Assembly: GCA_016933025.1 (NCBI GenBank)
Contig: JAFGBT010000015.1
Span: 78,064-142,063 of the forward strand
Reading direction: 5' to 3'
DNA: 64,000 bases
Origin: Spirochaetota bacterium
Lineage (GTDB): Bacteria > Spirochaetota > UBA4802 > UBA5550
Shown here piece after piece: positions 56,977-64,000 of this stretch (position 1 is the first letter of the stretch; every line of letters starts with the position of its first letter). A model generated the notes under the pieces. It saw nothing but the letters and a program-made list of their open reading frames with translations, did no database searches and was not told where the DNA came from. The translations under genes and the position numbers were made by a program.

Positions 56977-57512
56977 AAACGAATGCTGAACAATTCACCG
57001 CTCTGATGGCCAAATACGGGCTGTCCCATCCAATACCTGCTGATGATCAGCGCTATATCCTCAACAGCATCCACCCGAGCCTGAAGGCGTTGTTAAAGCG
57101 AAAAGGTCTGTACAGTTCGGCCTTAGGGACCGTCATCCTGTTGATTCTACTATTTAAAAAAGCAGGTATCAAGCTGTCGCTAATCCAGGCAAAAATTGTC
57201 GCGGGCCTGACCGCAACCGCCCTGGCCACGGCGTCCGTAACGGGGACGGTCACCGCGGCGCACTACATCAAGAAAAAGATTGATGAATCAAAAAAAACCG
57301 GTGAAGAGAAAAAGAGAGACGGGGTCCCGGACCTTAAAACCGACTCGCAGATACGGGAGTATTACCAGAAGCTGGAAGAAGTGTATATCGATGACGGAAC
57401 GCGCCTGGTCGGCGCCGTGATCTTTCAGGACAGGAAAACGATAAAGATCCACACCATCCATGGAGTGATCCAGGTTCCCGTGACAAGCGTGCGGACAATA
57501 AAATTGCGCTGA
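56973..57512 (+). CDS. Putative membrane anti-sigma factor.
   Basis: ATGA overlap with the sigma gene. Single TM helix. No recognisable domain. Confidence 0.45.
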   Translation: MKTNAEQFTALMAKYGLSHPIPADDQRYILNSIHPSLKALLKRKGLYSSALGTVILLILLFKKAGIKLSLIQAKIVAGLTATALATASVTGTVTAAHYIKKKIDESKKTGEEKKRDGVPDLKTDSQIREYYQKLEEVYIDDGTRLVGAVIFQDRKTIKIHTIHGVIQVPVTSVRTIKLR

Positions 57513-57689
57513 ACAACGCGCCGGAGAGCACGATCCATGAAAACTGAATTTGTATATAATTACGCCATGGCAAAAAATTTTGTTTATTTGTGCGCTGATC
57601 AGACACTTTATGTAGTGTAAGCCGGTAAAGGATACATGTTTTTATATGCATCGACGCTTGACATATAAAATGAAGGGGGCGGCCTTCAT

Positions 57690-58694
57690 ATGAGAAAAAG
57701 AGACATCATAAAATTTTTCATCATAATTGTTGCCTGCGTACTGCTTGGCGGATGCGATTCCATGACGCGATCAACGGTCAGGAACGATCTCCGCGGCGTT
57801 AAAAGACATCTGTCCGGAGGGGAAGACGTCAACAGGCATGACAAGTACGGATGGACGCCGCTGTCGTGGGCGGTGTATTACAATTATCCCGACATGGTCA
57901 AATACCTGCTGGAACAGAAGGCCGATCCCAACGTTAAGACGTCATATGGATATGGAGCTATTTATAGCGGCAGTACCCCGCTTATAATAGCTGCCTATTA
58001 TGGATATGAGGAAATCGTTGATCTGCTTCTCAAGTCCGGCGCCAATGTTGACGAGGTAAACTGTCAGGGTGACAACGCGTATGAGCTCGCAAAAAAGAAT
58101 GGATTCATAGCAGTGATGTATTTATTGTCGAAAGACAGGGGTAATCGTTTGACGGATATACTTGAAGAACTCAAGGAGAAGGATCCTGTCAAAACTGAAT
58201 CCGGGAACATAGGTCGGAATAACACCGTCTGCAGGGAAAAATATCGTGCTGTGAAAGATCCCACCGGATGGCTCGCGCTGGGTCTGGGTGCTACCTCGGG
58301 AATGGTGTTTCTTATCGCAGGAGCGGGAGGGTACTACTACGGTGGAGATAAAACATATTATGATAGAATTTTCTTTTTGGATCGTTGGGATAAATTGTCA
58401 GAAAATGAAAAAAAAGTAGTCCTCCTCTACTTTTGGCGAAGTCGCCGGGCATATCTACGGAGTGATGATCGCCGGCGTAAAACCGGCTATTATGTCGGCG
58501 CCGGCATAGGCGGCGCCGCGGTGGTCATGCTGGCGGCCTTTATCGGACGTAATATCGACGCAGCCATAAAGGAAAAAAAATCGGAAAAATCCGGAGACGT
58601 CTCTCTGGTGTTTCCTGCCGATAGGTTTAATCCAGCTGTTTTGCCGAATAAGGATCAACTTCATTTCGGTCTGGGATTGTCGATGAAATTCTAG
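57690..58694 (+). CDS. Ankyrin-repeat lipoprotein.
   Basis: Lipobox LLGGC. Ankyrin repeats (GWTPLSWAV, TPLIIAAYYGYEEIVDLLLKSGANVD). Confidence 0.75.
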   Translation: MRKRDIIKFFIIIVACVLLGGCDSMTRSTVRNDLRGVKRHLSGGEDVNRHDKYGWTPLSWAVYYNYPDMVKYLLEQKADPNVKTSYGYGAIYSGSTPLIIAAYYGYEEIVDLLLKSGANVDEVNCQGDNAYELAKKNGFIAVMYLLSKDRGNRLTDILEELKEKDPVKTESGNIGRNNTVCREKYRAVKDPTGWLALGLGATSGMVFLIAGAGGYYYGGDKTYYDRIFFLDRWDKLSENEKKVVLLYFWRSRRAYLRSDDRRRKTGYYVGAGIGGAAVVMLAAFIGRNIDAAIKEKKSEKSGDVSLVFPADRFNPAVLPNKDQLHFGLGLSMKF

Positions 58695-59049
58695 GGATAG
58701 TTTCGCGCAAAAATCCTGCGCGATGAATGGTTCGCAAAAGTCGACGAGCTCACGGCCGCGGTAAAGACATCGACATTCCCCCGGACGATTAAGGAGGCGG
58801 TCGTTAACCTGCGCATCTACAGCGTGAGCTGCCGGGTGCCGATGTGTAAGCAGGCGGCGGCCTTTGTGCAAAAAAACGGTCGGTGCTGTTATCAATCCTT
58901 TCACTCAGCAGTCGGGGGTGAGATAAATTCCCCCTTTGGGGGATTCGGGGGCATATGAGGCAACCCGGTGTATTTATGTTGCCATTTCCATCCTGTATTG
59001 GTATATTAACTGGATTCTGAAAAAGACAGGGAAATACTCTACAGAGAGG

Positions 59050-61074
59050 ATGATCATGATCGCAAAGAAATATTCCTATATCGCGATGGTCCTTTTTGCC
59101 CTGATGATGCCGGCCGTTGCGAGAGGGGCGGACTGGCCCGTATACAAGGGTAATATCTTCTACACGGGAAACAATGACGAGATCACCGTGAAGAACAACA
59201 ATCTCAAGTGGCTCTTTCAGGCCTCGGACACGGTTTTTAATCCGATTATCTCCGACGGCATGGTCTATTTTGTCGATATGAAAAAAAACGTCTACTGCCT
59301 TGAGGAGGAATCGGGAAAACTCAAATGGAAGATAAGCCTCACCGAGCTTTCGAAGCGGTTCCTCCCGAGCGTGAAGTCGGCCGGCAAGGTGAAATATCCC
59401 CTGGTCAAAGACCACCGACTCATCCTGACCGATAATTTCGTCATCTACTGCCTGGATAAAAGGAGCGGCAGGGTCCTCTGGGCCCGTACCGGCATGAGGG
59501 ACGAAAAGGAGCTGTTCGACCGTGACAGCGACTACAACAAGAAAACCCCGACCTGGGGACCGGGGGTAAAAAACTGGGACCCGACAAAGCACTCAACCAC
59601 GCTGGTGGACGGCATTTACTCAGACCCCGTTATTCGGGGCGACATGATCTACTACGGCACGCGCAATGTCTTCATCTCCCGGGAGATAGAGCAGGGGCAC
59701 CTGAAATGGGACAATAAAAACGTCAAATCCTGGAGCGGGTTCCCCTCGTTTTATGATGATTATATATTCACCCAGTCCATGGATTACACAAAGAACGCCT
59801 ATGCCCTCTACTGCCTGGACGCGAACACCGGCGCGACACGGTGGAGCAATTCCATAACCAAACCGGTCCGGATTTTTTCTCCGGTGGTGTATCAGGGGAG
59901 GGTCTACCTCGCCGCCGGGAGCGTGCTGCACTGCTTTAATCTCTCCGACGGCGCGAAGATCTGGGCGAAGGACTACGGCAACATTATAACCTCAAACCCG
60001 AGCTTCACCGAGCGCGAGATCCTGTTCACCACCGGGAACAGGCAGGTCGTAATTATCAATCCGCAGAGCGGCGGCATCGCCTTCGCCATCGATCTCGGGG
60101 AGAAGTCGAGCCCCTATTTCGTGACGATCCGCGACCAGATATACCTCGCCAGCACCTTCAAGAAGTGTGTCGGCGGCCGCGATCTCTCCTACGCTTCGCT
60201 CCGGGCCCTCAGGTTTGGCGGTAAGAACGCGCTCTGGGAGTTCGTCCCGCCGTTTCCCGGCGGCGCATACCAGCCGGCCGCGTCCGGGGGGATCATGTTC
60301 GTCCCGGCGGCGAACTATCTCTATGCCGTAGGCACCGACTATTATTCGCGCATTATCGACGGCGGGAGCGCGATATACGACCCGTATAACAGGCATGACG
60401 ACGGTACCGTCGTCCCCGACAGGGGGGCGGCCGGTAAAAAGGAAACGAGCAAGGAGCAGGATAAAAAGAATGATCTCCGGAAAATAAGGATCACGGTCAA
60501 GGATAAAGAAGGCAACCACGTAAAGGCGAACGTCGACATCAGAAAATGGGACCGCGGCAAGGTCGTGTATTCTGATCGGAAAACAATAAGCGGGTCCTCC
60601 CGGGATATCGACGTGCCCGATGCCGACGACGTGGAGATAACGGCCGATGCCGACGGCTACGTGCCGAAGAAGGTGATCATATCGCGCGATGACAAGGAGA
60701 AGTCCATCACCCTGGACAGGATCGAGAAGGGGAAGGGGATTGTGGTCGAGAACATACACTTCGAGATCGACGAGGCGTATCTCCTGAAAGAGTCGCTCAA
60801 TGTCCTCGACCGGATGATCGACGCGATGAAGCGAAACCCGAGGATAAAACTCGAGGTGCGGGGCCATACCGACATTACCGGCACCCATGCCCATAACATG
60901 AAGCTCTCCGAACGAAGGGCGGACGCTGTCAGGGAATACATGATAAAGAACGGCATCAGCCCGGAGCGGCTCGTGGCGATCGGGTTTGGTCCGGATCGAC
61001 CGATTGCGGATAACAAAACCGGGGAGGGCCGGAGGCTGAACAGGCGGACTGAATTTTATATCCTCGACAAATAG
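59050..61074 (+). CDS. PQQ-like beta-propeller repeat protein with C-terminal OmpA-family peptidoglycan-binding domain.
   Basis: AGAGAGGA RBS. Signal peptide. Repeated W/Y-containing blades. C-terminal NIHFEIDEAYL...LSERRADAV...NRRTEF OmpA motifs. Confidence 0.75.
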   Translation: MIMIAKKYSYIAMVLFALMMPAVARGADWPVYKGNIFYTGNNDEITVKNNNLKWLFQASDTVFNPIISDGMVYFVDMKKNVYCLEEESGKLKWKISLTELSKRFLPSVKSAGKVKYPLVKDHRLILTDNFVIYCLDKRSGRVLWARTGMRDEKELFDRDSDYNKKTPTWGPGVKNWDPTKHSTTLVDGIYSDPVIRGDMIYYGTRNVFISREIEQGHLKWDNKNVKSWSGFPSFYDDYIFTQSMDYTKNAYALYCLDANTGATRWSNSITKPVRIFSPVVYQGRVYLAAGSVLHCFNLSDGAKIWAKDYGNIITSNPSFTEREILFTTGNRQVVIINPQSGGIAFAIDLGEKSSPYFVTIRDQIYLASTFKKCVGGRDLSYASLRALRFGGKNALWEFVPPFPGGAYQPAASGGIMFVPAANYLYAVGTDYYSRIIDGGSAIYDPYNRHDDGTVVPDRGAAGKKETSKEQDKKNDLRKIRITVKDKEGNHVKANVDIRKWDRGKVVYSDRKTISGSSRDIDVPDADDVEITADADGYVPKKVIISRDDKEKSITLDRIEKGKGIVVENIHFEIDEAYLLKESLNVLDRMIDAMKRNPRIKLEVRGHTDITGTHAHNMKLSERRADAVREYMIKNGISPERLVAIGFGPDRPIADNKTGEGRRLNRRTEFYILDK

Positions 61075-61112
61075 GGGCGGAGGTCGGATCGGCACGAATC
61101 CCCCCTTTTTTA

Positions 61113-61508
61113 TTATTTCTCCGAGGTGTAGAATGCGTTCTCGCTTTTTGTTTCCAGATCGGGCCTCAGCTTTTTCGCGCCGTACAGGTAGACATGGGTC
61201 ATTTCGTCCTGGCGACGGTCGGAATTAACGTGGAGCAGGACCCTGATGCAGCTCTTCAGGCTCCCGGGCACGCTGATTTCAAGGGCGCAGAAGAGGGGCG
61301 TGTATAGCCATCCCAGCTGACGGGCCGCGACGGCCGGGAATTCAGCGTTCAGGTCATCGGTCACGGAAAACGTGGCGGAGGCGATATCCTCCACCCGTAT
61401 GTCGTTCAGCTTAATGATCCTTTCAAGGAGCTCTTTCGTTTTTGCGACGATCTCGCCCTTCGTGTTTGATCCGGCAGTTGTGGCACCCCGTATTCCCCGT
61501 ATCGCCAT
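61113..61508 (-). CDS. aroH: Chorismate mutase, AroH class.
   Basis: N-terminal IRGIRGATT signature. 131 aa. Confidence 0.8.
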   Translation of the reverse strand: MAIRGIRGATTAGSNTKGEIVAKTKELLERIIKLNDIRVEDIASATFSVTDDLNAEFPAVAARQLGWLYTPLFCALEISVPGSLKSCIRVLLHVNSDRRQDEMTHVYLYGAKKLRPDLETKSENAFYTSEK

Positions 61509-61511
61509 AGC

Positions 61512-62783
61512 TCACTCCATCAGCGTAATATCGGCCCCGATGGACTTCATCAGGTCCGGAAAATTCGGAAAGGTCACCGAAACCGATTCCGCGGTTTCGA
61601 TGCGGGTCTCTCCTTCGGCGGCAAGCCCCGCCACGGCCAGTGCCATGGCGACCCTGTGATCATGGTGCCCGTTCACCCGGCACCCCTTGAGGCCGCTCTT
61701 TTTGATGACGAGGCCGTCAGGGAGCTCCTCGACACGCGCCCCCATTTTTTCCAGCTCTTCGCGCATCACGCTGATCCGGTCGGTTTCCTTGAGCCGCGCC
61801 TGCGGGACGTTGGCGAGGCGCGTTTCGCCCTCGGCGAAGCAGGCGGCCACGGAAAGCGCGGGCAGCGAGTCGGGCATGGCATTGAGGTCGAACGTGCCGC
61901 CGGCGAGCCTGCCGCCCCGCACGGATATTGAGCGTTCCCCGATCTCGATTTCCGCCCCCATTTTCTTTAGAATGGTCACCACCTCTTTGTCCCCCTGGGT
62001 GTCGTTGAAATCAAGGCCCTGGAGCGTCAGAGCGGAGCCGGTGATCGCCGCCGCCACCAGGAAAAAGGTCGCGGATGAAAAGTCGACCGCGATCTCCTCC
62101 CGGAAGGAGGGATAGTTCTGGCCTCCCGGTATGGAAAATGACCGATAGTTATCGGTCGTGTAGCGTATGCCGAGGCGATCCAGCCAGCCGAGGGTCATGG
62201 TAACGTACGGCCTCTCGTTGAGGAGGGGCACGTCGATCACCGTGTCCCGGCCGGCAAGGGGGGCGGCGATCAGCAGCGAGGTGAGGTACTGGGACGTCAC
62301 CGCGCTGATCTCCGTGGCGCCGCCCTCTATCCTTCCCTTCACCACGACCGGCGGCATGCCGTTACCCCTGGTGGAGAAAGCGCGGCCGCCCAGGCGGTTT
62401 ATCGATTCCATGAGGCCGTCCGCGGGCCGGCTGCGGATCTGGTGGTCCCCGGTGAACACGGTATGGCCGTTTGCCAGGGACGCGATCCCCAGGCCTATGT
62501 AGAGCGACGTTCCGGAGTTGCCGACGTCCACGATGTCGTCCGGCACCGCCGGCTCGCCGCCGGTACCGGCCACGATCCAGGCCGCTTCCCCCTCTGTCAC
62601 CCGGGCGCCGAATTTCCGTATCATGGCGAGGCAGGAGCGCGTATCCGAAGAATCAAGGGGGCGCCCGATCGTCGACTCGCCGCTTCCCAGAAGGCCGAGG
62701 ACCAGCGCGCGGATGGTGTGCGATTTTGACCCGGGGACGGCAAGAGATCCTCGCAAGGAAGATGGCTTTACTGCAAATTCCAT
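61512..62783 (-). CDS. aroA: 3-phosphoshikimate 1-carboxyvinyltransferase (EPSP synthase).
   Basis: 423 aa. LPGSKSHTIRAL and DHRVAMALAVAGL motifs. Confidence 0.9.
   Translation of the reverse strand: MEFAVKPSSLRGSLAVPGSKSHTIRALVLGLLGSGESTIGRPLDSSDTRSCLAMIRKFGARVTEGEAAWIVAGTGGEPAVPDDIVDVGNSGTSLYIGLGIASLANGHTVFTGDHQIRSRPADGLMESINRLGGRAFSTRGNGMPPVVVKGRIEGGATEISAVTSQYLTSLLIAAPLAGRDTVIDVPLLNERPYVTMTLGWLDRLGIRYTTDNYRSFSIPGGQNYPSFREEIAVDFSSATFFLVAAAITGSALTLQGLDFNDTQGDKEVVTILKKMGAEIEIGERSISVRGGRLAGGTFDLNAMPDSLPALSVAACFAEGETRLANVPQARLKETDRISVMREELEKMGARVEELPDGLVIKKSGLKGCRVNGHHDHRVAMALAVAGLAAEGETRIETAESVSVTFPNFPDLMKSIGADITLME
62140..62157 (-). repeat. 18-bp extended dyad GACCGATAGTTATCGGTC inside aroA. 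A partial copy (gggatagttctgg) lies 30 bp upstream.
   Basis: Exact. Translates as T-D-N-Y-R-S on the gene strand. Confidence 0.6.
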
Positions 62784-63563
62784 TTACTGTTTTTTCTCTG
62801 GTTTCTTTCTCATGAACACGCCGATGTAATACGGTTCGGATATGGTGGCGCTGTCAATATGATACAGCTCGGAAAATTTTTCCCGGTTGCCGTCGATCAG
62901 GCTCATCGGGGCTCCACTCCTGTTTTTGTACAGGGATCCGAAATAATCCGTCAGCGCGCTCAGGTCGGTTTTGTAATATTCGATGTGGCCCTTGATGAAT
63001 TTGAACTCGTTCAGGTCCAGCACGGTCTTCAGGTCGTCCCTCAGGTAATAATCGTTGTGCAGCGGGAATGCTGACTTCATGAAGTCGTCATACAGACCTT
63101 CCAGGTCGTCATCATGGAGGACAACACCCGAGAGGAAGAGGATCCCGTCGAACTGGAGAGCCCTCCTGAATTCGTCGACCACCATGCCCGTCTCCAGGAA
63201 GTCCAGGTTGTCGATGCTGACGAGGAGGTCGGCGGCGTAGTAATCGACCGGAAAGCTGTTGAAATCGCCGTTGATGAAGCGTATTCGCTCGACATCCGTG
63301 TCGCCGGCGTGGCGTTCCATGAAGTCTCTGATTATCCGCATTGAAGGCTCCACCACGACGATATATGACCCTGAATTCGCGGCGAGCTCCCTTAGTAATT
63401 GGCCGTTGCCCAGCCCCGCCTTGACAATGACGCCCGGATTGTACGTCTTTACAACGTCGAGAAGGCTTTCAAGCAGCTTGGCGTGCCTCTTTTCCGGTTC
63501 AATGACGACCCGGTTCCGGGAGTCGTGCTCAAGAAATGTGATGATTTCGTTCAGCCTGTCCAT
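62784..63563 (-). CDS. Probable class I SAM-dependent methyltransferase-like protein.
   Basis: VKAGLGNGQLL (GxGxG motif I-like). Start assigned to MDRLNEI. Abuts the aroA start. Confidence 0.5.
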   Translation of the reverse strand: MDRLNEIITFLEHDSRNRVVIEPEKRHAKLLESLLDVVKTYNPGVIVKAGLGNGQLLRELAANSGSYIVVVEPSMRIIRDFMERHAGDTDVERIRFINGDFNSFPVDYYAADLLVSIDNLDFLETGMVVDEFRRALQFDGILFLSGVVLHDDDLEGLYDDFMKSAFPLHNDYYLRDDLKTVLDLNEFKFIKGHIEYYKTDLSALTDYFGSLYKNRSGAPMSLIDGNREKFSELYHIDSATISEPYYIGVFMRKKPEKKQ

Positions 63564-63843
63564 CGGTATCTCCTCAGGAAGGTTTATCACCGTAAGTTGT
63601 ATTTTCTGCAACTATTTTTTGCAATTCAGGGGACCGACGCGAGGGATGATACGATGTCAGGGCAGACCTCGCCTCACGGCGCTCTCCATTTCTATCCGAC
63701 ATAATCGGAATTATTATTGACATATTGATGTTAAAAGTTGAATATTCACTGCAATCCGAAATATTCGGGATGGTAAGGATTTTGCCATGATGCCCGGACC
63801 GCATCCGGGAGAGCACTGTTACAGCGGCCGTGAGGAGGGCCAG

Positions 63844-64000
63844 ATGAAAGACAATACCGTCTATTACGATTCATATAAAGAGGAACGGGACCTTATTCTC
63901 GAGTACAATCAGGTCGACCTTAATGACGCGAAGATAACCAATATCATGGGGATCGGCATTGACAATATGACGCGCGCCCAGGCGGTCGTCAGGGTAATGG
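63844..64000 (+). CDS. WecB/TagA/CpsF-family glycosyltransferase, N-terminal fragment. The gene runs off the window end.
   Basis: IMGIGIDNMTRAQAV resembles the family N-terminus. No stop before the window end. Confidence 0.45.
   Translation, partial: MKDNTVYYDSYKEERDLILEYNQVDLNDAKITNIMGIGIDNMTRAQAVVRVM

Noticed and set aside
1-64000. CRISPR arrays, rRNA and tRNA genes, integrases/transposases.
   Set aside because: No regularly spaced direct repeats, no tRNA-like cloverleaf candidates, and no recombinase-like ORFs were found by eye.

Overview
This is a high-GC (~60%) bacterial chromosomal segment of about 60 protein-coding genes, densely packed and spread across both strands. Its gene content (Wood-Ljungdahl enzymes, MoxR/Bat aerotolerance operon, many PAS/GGDEF/hybrid-kinase signalling proteins, numerous lipoproteins) is consistent with a strictly anaerobic lineage such as Desulfobacterota/Deltaproteobacteria-like, inferred from that content only. 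The recognisable content is as follows. (1) A partial acetyl-CoA pathway module: cooC/acsF (partial), a RACo-type corrinoid reductive activase, formate-THF ligase fhs, and an unusual 4Fe-4S protein. (2) An AT-rich islet carrying a nucleotidyltransferase-fold gene and a divergent (archaeal-like) thymidylate synthase. (3) An M20 peptidase, cstA, an MBL hydrolase, an M50 protease and a class-II aldolase. (4) A complete MoxR-DUF58-BatA-BatB-BatC-BatD aerotolerance operon, interrupted by a REC-GGDEF gene and a REP-like repeat. (5) mazG, an orphan OppD-type ABC ATPase, comM/yifB, a dihydrouridine synthase (dus), a hybrid histidine kinase, and ribBA translationally coupled to a REC-GHKL(RsbW-like) regulator. 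(6) mtnA, a prepilin peptidase, NUDIX, PON/SMP-30-like and alpha/beta hydrolases, and a cluster of small lipoproteins. (7) A STAS protein and a large multi-PAS histidine kinase. (8) trxB, a 5'-nucleotidase, and a Gp49/HigB-like-HTH toxin-antitoxin pair with a 22-bp perfect palindromic operator. (9) An ECF sigma/anti-sigma pair with ankyrin and PQQ-propeller/OmpA proteins, plus aroH-aroA. No rRNA, tRNA or CRISPR array was seen. The most unusual signal is an oriented dyad motif, CCGATA-GT-TATCGG, present in at least 11 copies (four inside coding sequences, always in the same codon phase). Twice it sits beside a second shared box, CCGGGGTCAGAGTAA, once inside a 51-bp nested inverted repeat. It also clusters upstream of a near-consensus sigma70 promoter with a 44-bp palindromic operator in front of the RACo/cooC operon. 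A second, unrelated family of degenerate REP-like hairpin repeats (PFDSAQGKLR/FDKL type) occupies several intergenic gaps.
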